A DNA stretch of 64,000 nt from the human T2T-CHM13v2.0 reference genome, Homo sapiens: the NCBI RefSeq assembly GCF_009914755.1, contig NC_060942.1. One strand, 5' to 3'. The notes below the pieces were generated by a model. It did no database searches, was not told where the DNA came from, and saw only the letters and a list, made by a program, of their open reading frames with translations. Position 1 is the first letter of the stretch. The number at the start of each line of letters is the position of its first letter. Below are positions 36,031-49,225 of this stretch, piece by piece. Both the position numbers and the translations under genes were made by a program.

Positions 36031-38563
36031 AAGTACAGTTCATGCCCTCAAGGATCTCATAGTCTCAGAGGCAAGTAACTTTTGTAATTCCCCAGCCTTC
36101 CCTTCTCTCCTTTCAGAGCTCCTCACATACTAAGTGCCCAGTGTGTTAATTTATTTTCAGCAGAGTCCGATCAGCTTCTTTGCATGAAAGTCTACATGTT
36201 TAACCTCTCCAAATTACAAGGGTGCCTGCTTTTTTAAAGGAGATGCTGTATCTTAAACCAAAAAGGTTATTTTGAGAATTTTAGACATGCTGGAAAATTT
36301 AAGTGAAGCAAATTTTTATAAATTGTGTATATACTTGCTAACCCTGACATGAGCCAGGTATGTAGCTACCAAAAATTTCTTGGTCAGGATATTCTTGACC
36401 TTTCGTGCAGGTTGCTGGAAGCCCCCAAGTCTTGTAGTTACTCTTTACTGCAGACTAGTAAAGAAACATGCTTTGGATCAGAATTGAGACCTGGGGTCAG
36501 GGGGTGTGTTTCTATCCTCATTCTCTCCAATTTTATACGACTGAGCACTTCTGTATTGCTCAAACAAATGTGTCATTTCTTGTACTCTTGGAGTGTCCCA
36601 GTATGTGTGTATACCCTGGGACTTGATGACATAATGAATTTCCCCATCAAAGCTCTGTAATCGAGCCATCTTCACTATCTGATGGCATAAGTCAAATATT
36701 AGTCTTAATTTGAACCAGGCCATTATCATATTAGACTTCTCTGTCATTCTTGATGACTGCAGAGCCAATGGCTCTCACATTTCCAAGTGTTAAAGAATTA
36801 CCACTTCAATGGGCTCAACTGTTCCCCAATTTTTATTTAGAAAACTGATAATGGTTGAAATAAACCACAGGGGGTCAAAAAGCCAGGTGGCCAGGGAGCT
36901 TATACCCGAAATGAGAAAAGCCTTGCTACCTGCTGGTTTAATAGGCTGCCCTTATTTCTAATGGGGCTGAGTGGAGCTGAAATCAAGGCTGAGAGACCAT
37001 ATCACAGCGATCTTAACATCGAACCACCTGACATTGGGTCTGTGGGGGATATTTCATCATTGTCTGCTTGACCTTTGGCCTGTTAGACTTACAGCCCATC
37101 ATTTCTGGGAAGCAGCGACTGAAAAAGCCATTTGTTCCCCATCGATGTACCTGTCCTGATGTGCTGTCAACAGCTGTTTGCATTGCTAACTGCGCCAAGG
37201 GAAAACAATTGATGCTGGCAAACTCGAATTTCTAACCACCTCTTTTATTTTTGTCACTCCTGGTGCTAATGATGACCTATATTCTCTACCATAATGATTA
37301 TCTTAAAAGTCTTTTTGGCGTTGAAGAGAGCGTTTGAGTCCTAAGTGCCTGTATTGTGAAAGAATATAATATGGAGAGGTCTATTATCTTAGAATTCATT
37401 TGCCTATTTTTTTCTTTTTTTAAGGCAGCACTGTAAATTAAACCACTTGAGTTGGCTTTGTAGGTTTCCTTTTTTGTTTCCTTTTTTTTTTTTTTTTTGC
37501 ATACACAGCAAGGATAACTACACCTCAGATTTATGAGCATTGTGAACAGGTTGCCATAGCAACCACTCTGGCTGCTCTACACCAAATAACCTTGTCATGT
37601 GAGCGTTTATCACAGGAACATCAAGGACTGGATTGCACTGTACGCTCTTTGGCTAAACAGCAGGATTTTTCTGAATAATAATTGGTCGTGGCCTTTTATT
37701 CCACCAGTCAGAGTTAATCATCCTCGGAATCTGAAATTAACCATAATGCATTCAAGGCGCAGAGTGCAGCCATTCAAAAATTCCTCTTTGGGGAAGAAAA
37801 CTTTCCAGTGATCTTTGGTCTTTGTTGTATATGATCATTGTTGTTATTGTTATTGTCACTATTATTGGGAAGGCTTAATGAGAGAAGGATGAGCATTTGG
37901 GAATGGCATCTAGAACTCATTAACATGATATAAGTAAAATGGGTATTTAACTACCGTATTATTTATGAGAAATAAGAGATATTTTAAGCTGCCATCAAAA
38001 CCAGCAGGTTTTTTCCTCTCTCAAATTACCTTTATAGGACATTTGATCATTTGAATGTATTTTATTAGGTTAATTTATTTTCCATAGATCATGTTTTAAT
38101 ACACACCCAGAAATCACAATGTGCTTCTGATGTATCATCTGAGGAGGGAAAATGAGTGGGGTGTAAAGGATCAGCGAGGTCCCAGTGCCTATGGAGCACG
38201 TGTGTGTACACACATGTGGTACTTGTGCACATCCACACAAATCCGCAAGATGGACCCTAGAAAGAAAATAATTACATCACAAGGATACAGCTGGCTCTCT
38301 ATCATAGGCAATTATGTTAGAGCTAGGGGTTGGTGGGTTTAAAAAATATCAGGATTTTGGTTATTTATCAGCAGAGAGGTTTTCTGATCTGTGAAAAGTC
38401 ACCTTACAAAATTCTACTAGGGATAAAGCCAGGCTTCAGCAAATTCAACAAATTATGGGGTTTTTTTTAAGCATCTTAACACTTCCCCTTTTTGGTGATC
38501 CTTTCTTTTACCTTTTCTTTTTCAACTTCCTTGGTCCCTAGACCTTATTTCTTACAGGCCATT

Positions 38564-38938
38564 TGTATTTGTCCATTCTCACGCTGCTATAAAGAACTGC
38601 CCAAGACTGGGTAATTTATAAAAGAAGGAGATTTAATTGACTCACAGTTCTGCATGGCTTAGGAAGCCTCAGGAAACTTACAATCGTGGCAGAAGAGGAA
38701 GCAAACACATTCTTCTTCACATGATGGCAGGAAGGAGAACTGCCAAGCAAAGAGGGAAAAGCTCCTTATAAAGCCATCAGATCTTCTGAGAACTCACTCA
38801 CTATCAGGAGAATAGCAGCATGGGGGGAACCGCCCCCAATTCAATTACCTCCCACCAGGTCCCTTGCATGACATGTGAAGATTATGGGGACTAAAATTCA
38901 AGAGCAGATTTGGGTGGGGACACAGCCAAACCATATCA
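38564..38938 (-). mobile_element. THE1C/D solo LTR (MaLR)
   Basis: gactgggtaatttataaa...ttgggtggggacacagccaaaccatatca; TSD ccatt/ccttt. Confidence 0.92.
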
Positions 38939-39370
38939 CCTTTTATCATCGTTATTGTTGATAATAATTGTCATTGCCTTAAGTGTGACCTCTCCTGAAG
39001 ATAATTACTTAAAAAAAAATCTCAAATGGAGGAATTTCAGAAATCAGTAAATAATATTTTTTAAAGAATGCATTCAAGGAGGAAAGGACTTTTTTAAGTT
39101 CCCACCTAGTCATACCTTCTAGGAAGCCACCAATATTGCCAACTTCTAACACTCTTTTATAAGAGGAACCTGTAGTCATTCCAATCAAATGAAGCTAAAT
39201 GATTGGATGTGAAGATGAAAAACAGCTAAGTGGGAAGACTTGGGTGCAGCTATTCAGGGAAATAGCACCATCCATCTCATGTCACATCCCTGCTCTTGTC
39301 TTTTTGTTGCTTTTCCTTTGAAATAAATGTATATATGAGTCAGTAAAATAAGTTTTAGAAAAGCAACAAT

Positions 39371-39960
39371 ATTCATTTATTCATCATATTATGGTAGTTG
39401 TAAATGCCAAGGACACTGCTAGGTGTGTGGGGGGAACCGCAATAAAAGAAATCTGATTCTTATCCTCTGGGTACTCACAAGCTTGGAGGGAGACGAGACA
39501 TAAAGAACCTGGATAGTTACTGCACTCTTAATAAGAAACAAATGTCTTGTGAGTGGCACAGAAGTGCCACTAGAGGTGGCAGCCATCTCTGGCATTGTCA
39601 TAAGAGGGCGTCTGTAGCATGTGGTGTTGAAACAACTAAGCTACAAGAAAGTGTAGAAGGCTGGTGATTGGAAGGAGAGCATTCCAGGGAAAGAGGATAG
39701 CAGGAGTGAAGTAGGAGACATATGAGTGTTTGGTAGAGTCTGAGAAAAGCCAGCATTTGTCAAGGACCCAGGTTCACATCCATGAGTCGTCAGTAGAGAT
39801 AAAACTGGAACGGTACCTTCAGGTCAGATTTGAAGCTTGGTTACCAGGGGTCTTGAATATCTTCCTAATATGCCTGGGCATTTATTTGGATGGCATCAGA
39901 AAGTCATTTCAGGTTCTTAAGCAAAATATTGATGTGATCAAAGTGATAGAAAATTTAAAT
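39371..39960 (-). mobile_element. L2 fragment
   Basis: attcatttattcat tail; agcattccaggga; ttcaggttcttaagcaaaa..tgatgtgatca. Confidence 0.6.
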
Positions 39961-40709
39961 GAGACTGGGGTGAGAAGGACGAACGAAGACATTTTAGAAG
40001 TTGTTTCATCATCTGAGGAGGTGGATTTACCTCTAATCCCTGTTCAACTAGCTTTCTCTTATTTTCCTTCTGAGGAAAAAAAAGGCATCTCCATTTTGGT
40101 AGTGATTTTGAAGTGCAGTGTCAGAGGAGGGGAGAGGGTCCACTCCTGGTGCAAGCATCAGATCCATGGCTTAGCAATCAGAGGGGAGGACGGTTAGGAA
40201 AATGCAATTGGTTATATTTGGGCTGTTCAGGCTGAAGCACCAAAGATACTGCTAGCGTCTCTTCATTTGATTTCTCAAGATTTAATGTGTGTTTTGTGAA
40301 GAGGAAAAAAGTGATAAATGTTTCTGACCAGTGCTCACTAAGCTATGACCAACCTGCCAGTAAGCATTGCTGCTATTAGGCCTGCTATTATTATAAGAGT
40401 GCTATCCTTTGAAACTAACAAGAGAAACATATTCACTCTATGTGGTGGAGAATCTTCATGGAATTGTGCCGGGAACCCAGGGTTCCTAAAGCACACCCTG
40501 ACTGGGATGATCCCCAAAGTTTCTCACAGGCCCCTTTTATTCTGCTAAGGGGTATGATGTGTGTAGGTGAGGCTTAAAGTATGAACAGGAGGAAAATGAT
40601 TCTCTCTCTGATGCCCCTTCACTCTTCCTTACTCTTGAATATCAAACTATTGAGAAAACTTGTTTTGTGTTGTCATTCTGTCCCAGAAGCAGTTCAAAAT
40701 GAACTTTTA

Positions 40710-41033
<324 letters not shown>

Positions 41034-41169
41034 TTATGTAATTAATGAGGACAAAAATCAGTGTGTCCTTTGCACTTTCAGTAGAGTGGGCATTCTTGCT
41101 AATAGTACTCAATATGATTCACCTCCGGTTCTCCCTGCTTAGAAATAGCTGCTCTGTTTGGGAAATTCC

Positions 41170-41707
41170 ATGTTACCTAAAGCTGCATAACAGATTGTTC
41201 CAAAATATAATGGCTTAAAACAACAATAGTCATTTAATATTTCTCACAGTTTCCATGGGTCACAAATCTGGGAACAGCTTGGCCAGGTAGTTCTGGCTTG
41301 GGATCTCTCATGAGATGTCAGCTATGGCTGTCATCTGAGGACTTGACCAGGACTAGAGGATGCACTTCCAAGGCAGCTCACTCACATGGCTGGAAAGTTA
41401 GTGCTGGCTGTTGGCAAGAGTCCTCAGTTCCCCACCCAAATCTCTCCACAGGGTTGCTTGAGTGGCCTCAAAACATGGTGGCTGGCTTCTCTCAGAGTGA
41501 GTTATTCAAGATACTAAGCAAGACGTCTTTATGAACCAGCCTTGGAAGTCATACCATAACTTCTAGTGTATTCTATTGATCACATAGGACAGCCTGATTC
41601 AATGAGAGTGAGAATTATACAAGGTGTGAACTCCAGGAAATAAAGATCCACAGATCCACACGAGGATGGTGTGGGAAGGGGGCATGTCTTGGAGGTTAAG
41701 TATCACA
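41170..41707 (-). mobile_element. MaLR LTR MLT1F/G-like
   Basis: gctgcataaca...tggcttaaaacaac...cacttccaaggcagctcactcacatggctgg...agccttggaagtca...tatcaca. Confidence 0.8.
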
Positions 41708-41909
41708 GAGGTGTATCTTTGCAGCTCACATGTGGATGTGTCAGGTTCTGGTATTCAGAAGATGATACTACCCTGTTTCTGCCCCCAAACTGGAAAATGT
41801 TCTACCCATGCTGAGGTTGAGTGGTAAAGAATTCCTTTAATCTGATATAATCTGGAATAATGGTTGATAATAGGAAAGGATGGTCAAATTATTTTAAACA
41901 TGATTTTAA

Positions 41910-42266
<357 letters not shown>

Positions 42267-43269
42267 TGATTTTTTCTTAAATAAACTTCTTCTCATTAAA
42301 GTTCTGCATCCTTTCCCTCCACAAATCATTCCAAGAATACATTATTTACATTATCTAGCTTTGGGTTCTTTAAAGTGAATCAAGAACCTAAAATGTATTT
42401 TATGAGCTATCTACGTGCAGAATTTTATTATTTTTAACTAATCTCTTAGAGTTGTCCCACCCACATTCTATTTAACATCGATCCTTTTTTTTTTTTTAAT
42501 CAATTTCCCATTTACTGGCTCTTTCTAAAGCAATCAACTTGTTTTTTTGTCAAATCAACAACCCTCTTTGCATTCATAGTTCACAGTTTTGCATAATATT
42601 TAAATAAATTATAACTACAACCAGCATAAAAAGGTTTGGGAACAAACACAATTGATTCTTGGGAAGCACGCATTTCAACAGGTATGAGTGGCATGTACCA
42701 GCAGAGAGGAGTGTGCTAGACCTAAGGGTTCATCAGAACATCTTGAAGATAGAACGAGCAGCATCAGCTATGTGGCCATGTGTTAAGGCGATCTTTTTGG
42801 TCCGTATTTTTACTTAATTTAAATTTCCTCAAAAATTTACATTGTAATGGCTGATCTTTGTATCCTTTTCTCAAAAGTCAAATCTGTGCAAATGAATGCA
42901 CTGGCCATGCAGCTGACCAATCACAGACTACCAGTGAACCCACAATGCTCTCCTCACCAAGCATGTAGGATGACCTACACGACCTCTGAAGGCCTCAAAG
43001 AATGGAGAGATGAATGCCTAAGAGTTAATTATGTTTGGTCCCAAACCTTAAAATGTCAATGTGAATCAGCCACTAATCCAACACTGAATGATCATGCCTG
43101 GACAAAAGTGCATCAGCACTATTTTCAGCAGACAAGGTAGGCTTCCTGGAGGAGGAGGTCTTGACTTTGGACTTGAATAGAATATGACACATCCAATGGG
43201 ACAGGAGGTTATACCACAGAAATGAGAATGAGTGGGAAAGATAGGAGTATTTGTTGAATAGCAAGTACA

Positions 43270-43915
43270 ACATGGAGAAGAGAAGCTGAAAATGTGATCT
43301 CTCAGAGAAGGTAGGGCCAAAGAGGCCCGAGGGTCTTGTCTGTTAGAAATAGGGAGCTATAGCAGGTTTCTGAGCAGGGGAGTAGCATGACTAATGAGGT
43401 GTTGGAAGACTGTCAATCTGGCAAGAGGACACTGGGTAGTCTCAAGCAGGAAGAAGCTGGATCCAAGGCCTGTTTGCAGCAACTATTACAGTGGTTTGAA
43501 AATGAGGTATGAGAAGGTCCCAATAAAGGTGTGGTCTGTGAATATAGAGATTTCACTAGCAAAAAATAACTGGATTTGGGAGCTGTAAGACAGGGAAGGT
43601 AAGAAGAAGAGAGGCAAATTTGAGTCTAGGGAGTTAGAAGAAATAGTTGGTGCCACTCATATAGTATGAAAACATGGAAAAGGGAACCAGGGTGCATGAG
43701 GAAGTGAGGAACACAGATTTAGGCTAAGCGTGAGGTGGAAGGGGAGGCGTGGAGAGGACTAGTGGAAGGTTAGGGACAGAAGACGGCTGAGCCAGGGAGA
43801 GGGGCAGATTCAGGAATCACCCACAGAGCAGCCTGTGAGAGGCCCCAAACATGGACAGGTGAGGCCTCTGGGGAGGATCCTACAGAGAGACAGAAGGCCA
43901 ATGTCAAGACTGAGC
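43270..43915 (-). mobile_element. L2 fragment
   Basis: aatagggagctatagcaggtttctgagcaggggagtagcatga...tggtgccactca. Confidence 0.6.
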
Positions 43916-45859
43916 CACGGCCAGAACCCCTGCTCCATCAATGGAGCCAGAACTTTTCATGGCCCAGAAAAGGCAGTTAGAGCTGTTGCTGTCTAAGCTT
44001 TTATAGGCCACCTCTCTGCTTTTCATTTCCTCATCTCCTTCTTGTCCTCTGTCTTCCCTTTCTGAGTCTCCATTTAGAGGACAGGCAATTACACCTCATC
44101 AGTGCGATTTGTACACTGCTGTCACATGTAGGCTTAGCCCGGCTCCCTCAGTGCTAATTTCTGCTTCTTTTTGCTGTCCCCTCCTAACTTTTCCACTTCT
44201 TCCACTATCTTACTTTTCTACCTCGTTAAGGACAGGAGCCCCTCCATTAGAACTCACACTCCATTGTGTCACACATCGTTTAAATATCTTATCACTTTGC
44301 CATTGGGAAAAACAGTAATTGATGGTATTTCCATTTATTTTCACTCTCTCTGCTCCATTTGGGGAATGAAGACGGTTTCAAATAGCTCATTATTTATTTT
44401 CCGCTCAGGCTCAAGTTGTATTCCAGCACCGTCCTTACAGGGACCCGAACTTCCCACAATCCCATAATGTTTTATGAGCAGTTTTACAATCAAGATGCTA
44501 TATTATCATATCCTTCTGAAAGGTGGTTATATGAATAGTCAGGAAGCAGTAGCTGAAGTACAGAGAAATCTCTGCGACAGTTTGACAGCGAGTTCATAGT
44601 CCTGTCCTGGGGAGAGCCCTTTGCTCAGGACCCCCTGTGTGGAGGAGCTTCTGCAGGGGCTCAGAGTGGCCAGTAATGTTGTAAAATGCTGTCCTATTTA
44701 ATGACAACATGCACAAACAGAGGAGGTGCAACAGAACATTCTAACCAGAGGGTTCCTTAGTGAGCATCTGGCCTATCCCACCTATTTTATGGGTGAAGAC
44801 AATGAAGCTTGGGTAAAAAATGTGACTGACAAGGGACATAGACAAAGATGACCTCTGAGCTGGAAATCAAGCTTTTTGACAGTCACAAATAAAAAAAAAT
44901 CTTTTTAAAAAAATAATTTTGTTAAATACATCATAAATATGACATCCAGCATATCTAGTCAACTATACTAATAGGAACAAAAACCCACAGATGATGACAT
45001 AACTTGATATTTATTGTCAACAAAGCAAAGCAGGCAGAAGTGCTGGTAATTGGTGTGTCCTCATCTCATCCCCAGTGCTGGTGCTTGAGTGCTGCATTTT
45101 TTATTTACCTTGTCAGACAGCATCATTTCACCCAAGATTTATTGAGTCCATGTGGAGTATGTTTTCATTCCTTATTCATCTCTCTCTTGGTTTTCTACAA
45201 TAGAGAAATAACTGGAGCTGAGCTAAGAGGCTTCTCCCACTGTATTTGAGATATGCTAACCAATGCCACTCTTGGGACTGGCTTCTGGAGAGGTCCCTGA
45301 GATGGGCAGAGGGAGGGAGGTTGAAGACGTCACGTAACAGCATCACTTCTGGATCCTAGCTGAATTCTGGGAAGATGGGATTTCCTGTAATAAAATGGGG
45401 TTGGGAAGTACACTGTTTAAAAGGCCTGGGATCACAGACACTAAAAAGAACTATGAACTTGGACCTGGGATCCAGTTCTAACTTTGCCATCAAATAGCTA
45501 CATGACTTTTCGGAGCCTCCATATCCTCATGTATAAAGGGGTTGGTTCTGTAGAGTGAGACTCCATCCAGTGCTCATATTCTGGGGTTCTATGGAGACTG
45601 TGCCTGTGGGAGATGGTGAGCAATGATTGCAAAGAACATGGAAGGGGGGATGCTAAGGCAAAGCTAATGGGAAACACATGGTGTGGATGCCTGAAGGCAG
45701 GAAGAAAGGGGGTAGGGTCAGCAGGCCCAGGGGCTTCCCATCAAGGCTTCACTTCTCCAGGAGCAAACTGTTTCTAAAATCACAACTGTGCACAGGCATG
45801 AGTAGGTGGACACCCACACTTGCTTTTTCATTGCTCATCAAAGGAGAGCAATTTATAAT

Positions 45860-46030
45860 CATCTCCATTGACTTTCAAACATGCTGTGAAGTAAACAGAC
45901 TCTATTATAACGTGTTTACAAATGAGGTCACTGAAGCTCCAAGAAGGTAAGAGACTTTTCAAGATTTATCGTTTATGGGCTGAGCTGGACAAGACCCAAA
46001 ATTTCCTAGTTCCTAGTCACAGGCCTTTTC
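45860..46030 (-). mobile_element. MIR
   Basis: tttacaaatgaggtcactgaagctccaagaaggtaag. Confidence 0.7.
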
Positions 46031-47770
46031 CAACTCCAACTTCCAAGTTTGCTATAGCAACCACTTATATTTCTATAGAAATTTTTACTTGTAAAGTATA
46101 TTTAAAAACCATTACCTCATTTTTATCCTGCTGAAGGCCTGTCAGTTGGGAGTGCTGGGGGCTATTTCTCTTGGTTTAGAGATGGTGAAACTGAAGAGAT
46201 TTTCCCTGAGTTTCCTAATCATTCAGCAAACCCTCTTAGAGCACCCATGTTTCACCAAGCACGTCCCAGACATGGCTGCCTAATGGCAAAGCTAACTTTT
46301 ATCTCAATGTGTCTTGACTGCACATCCAGTTCCCTTTAGGAGTTGAGATTTTCAAGGCACGAATAAAAGTTTTCATAAGAAGCTTCTAAATATGCCATGG
46401 ACAAATGGTCCTGGCAATGGTAATAAATATTCCATCCAAATGCTGACCCTCCATAGCCCACTCTTATTTTAAGATGGCCTTCCAACCCTAGAATTAATGT
46501 AAGAGATATGTAACAATTCTAAGATTGTTAATTCTACATGGCATGGCTATAACAACATTTGATGAGGGCACCAGTCCCAGGCTTTGGTTTTGATTTGAAA
46601 TAGGCAAAGCATGTATGAATGCCATCCACCCTACCAGTGCTGTCTCCTCTCCATCTTCTCAGCACCATGATTCTGCATGCTCCTCCACCTGAGAACTGTA
46701 TCCTTGGTTCTGTCCCTGTTAGTCCCCCTGATGAATTGCCAGTACATCAGTGGCACAGGCTGTCACAAAAACAGAGATGGGATGGCAAGCCCTAGAGATG
46801 GCTGTGGAAGACATGTCTCCTCTGGGAGAGGATTTGAACTAGCTTGTGCTGAGATTCACTCTGCTGCTAAGGACACATGAAATAGACTCACTGAAAGTAT
46901 TTTAAATATCTTCTAGTAACGTGGTCTCTCCTGGAATTCAGTGTCAGTCAGGCCCCTAGGTATAATAGTAAGCTGTCCAGCACTTTCTAGTTTACACATA
47001 TTCTGTCAACCTTCTACAGATTCTCAAAGCAATTCCCATTTCTACATTTTCCTTTATGACTTTCCCATGGATAGGTAAACAGTCCTAGGGTATTTTTTTT
47101 TAAAGGGAGGGGGTGGATTTCATTTGAGTGAAAAGCTGTGTGCTGTCCCCGACTTCAGAAAAGGTGCTTCTCCTCCATTATTACCTGGGATACTCTCTGG
47201 AAGTGAGGCATGTTTGAACTACTCACACTCTCTTACATCCTTTTTGTCATTAAAAGAGAGCAAGTCCCTGGGAGCAAAGGGGAAGTCTATGTTCTGAAAA
47301 GTGAGCCAACCCAACTCTCCTGCTCACTCCTCCACATCTCCCTGGCACGGCATCGATGGCCACCCCTCTTATCTAGCAGTCAAGACCCAACTTGAGTTCC
47401 ACCTCTGCCTCTGATTCTTCCTGAACTATCCCGCCTCTGTTTAGCTTCTCCCTGTTCTGGACTACCCGAGTCAAACTTTCTGTTCCTTGCTGAGTGCCAC
47501 TTATTGTCATTGTTAGCCTTGAATTTGGAGCTAAGTTACAAAGCGTGTAATCATCTAACTTATCGAGTGAGTAATCGTGATTTTTCAACTGGATTGTGGT
47601 TTTCCTGAAGGCAGAAGACATGCCTCCTTCAGCGGTGGTCCTCTCTGTGCTTTACATTAACTAGTCATATGGTACCTGTTTGTTTGTTTATTTAAAAAGT
47701 GATGTCCAAGCAGAGCACACCCTTGTATGTTTTATCCCTGATAACACAAGCAGAGCCGAATGAGATCAGC

Positions 47771-47913
47771 GTGTGTGTGTGTGTGTGTGTATACACACAT
47801 ATATATAGTATATATATACACACATATATGTACTATATATATACACATATATATTCTATATATCTATATACATATATACATACATATACATATATATACA
47901 CACATATACATAT

Positions 47914-47964
<51 letters not shown>

Positions 47965-47969
47965 TACAC
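47771..47969. repeat. Compound (GT)n-(TA/CA)n-(CA)n microsatellite
   Basis: ~200 bp of mostly alternating purine-pyrimidine sequence. Confidence 0.97.
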
Positions 47970-49039
47970 GCTTAATGGAAAAACAGCCCTTGAACAAAAT
48001 TGGGCATTTTGTAAGAGAAGCAGAGTATTGTCCCAGGTTCCTGGTTCTGCCTCTGGGAACCTGCATTGGTCATGTGAGTGTGTGTTAGGAAGCCCCTTCT
48101 CGGCCAATTCTGGACCACCTATTGCAGCAGGAAATACATCCATCTGCTCTTTTCCCTCAGGGAATGATTGCATTGCCACCACCTCCTTTCACCTCTTCAG
48201 ATGCCAATTTTTTTCATCTTTTCTCAACATAGAGTTGGGGAAATATTTGTATTGGCTGAGTTGAGACTGGCTTATTTGACCCAGTTAACAGTGACCCAGT
48301 CATTCCGACATACCTGCTGAGGAACATAAGTAGCAGGAAAATGGACACCTCACCCCCTTTCACTGGAAGAATGTGGAATAATTCTTTGTGTTTGTCATGA
48401 GGGAAATGAAACCCCTGATCTGATATTCACTTAATTTTTCTTCATGGAGAAAGCTGTTGAATTCTTCTATTAGTAGGGTTAGAAAAGAAAGGGAAAAAAA
48501 AAAGGACTCTCCTGGAAATCAGGAGGCCTGGCTCTCACCCTGGCTCTGTGCCCAAGGCCTCCCCACCTGGTTCTTTCCATGGGACCACACACTTACACAT
48601 TTGCACACCTGCCTGTCACTAAGTACCAAGCAATGGGTTCATTTGGATGCCAGTGTTTCCCTTGAAGACCACCCTGAAGTTCCTCCTGACAGTCATGCTT
48701 TCTACTTCAAATTATTGGGTGCAGGCAGACCAACATCTGAGGTACATGGTGTGTGTGTGCACAGAGGTGTCAAAGTTCCAGCTGGAGGGTCTGGGAACTG
48801 AGTTCTGTCCCACCCCATTCACTGATCAATGTGTGACCAGGAAAGTCCCTTAAGTCCCAGTGTTTGTTTCTATAGGTTGGAAATAATGACTCAGATAACC
48901 CCAACCCAGGAGTTTCTCCCAGGGCTCTTGTGAGAATTAAATGGGATTAGAAATGTGACTATATTTGGGAAGAAACGGATGTGAGGAAACAGTGGTGGCT
49001 ATCAGAGCATCCTTGTGTGTGTTACCAAGAGGACAGGGC

Positions 49040-49225
49040 AAGCAGGAGATCCTGGCATCAGGTTCTAGCTTTGGCTGCCAATGATGTGATCTTAGGAAAG
49101 CCATAAGATCTCTCAGGGCTTCGCTCTCCTCCTCTGTCAGATGGGGATTAAAATAACTGCCCTGCCTTTCCCACAAAGGTGTCGTGAAGATCTGAAACAA
49201 TAGGCATGAAAGAGCATTGACAAAT
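49040..49225 (+). mobile_element. MIR
   Basis: ggttctagctttggctgcca..tgtgatcttagg...ctctgtcagatggggatta...gtcgtgaagatc. Confidence 0.75.

Noticed and set aside
39565-39583. CTCF-like gccactagaggtggcag
   Set aside because: Needs a 2-nt gap to fit the core and lies within an L2 relic
39730-40197. 155-aa ORF
   Set aside because: Overlaps an antisense L2 relic; no recognisable homology
46657-46678. REST/RE1 site (ctcagcaccatg)
   Set aside because: Only the left half matches; the ggacag right half is absent
47699-48182. Overlapping His/Thr/Tyr/Val/Cys-rich ORFs
   Set aside because: Translations of the dinucleotide microsatellite
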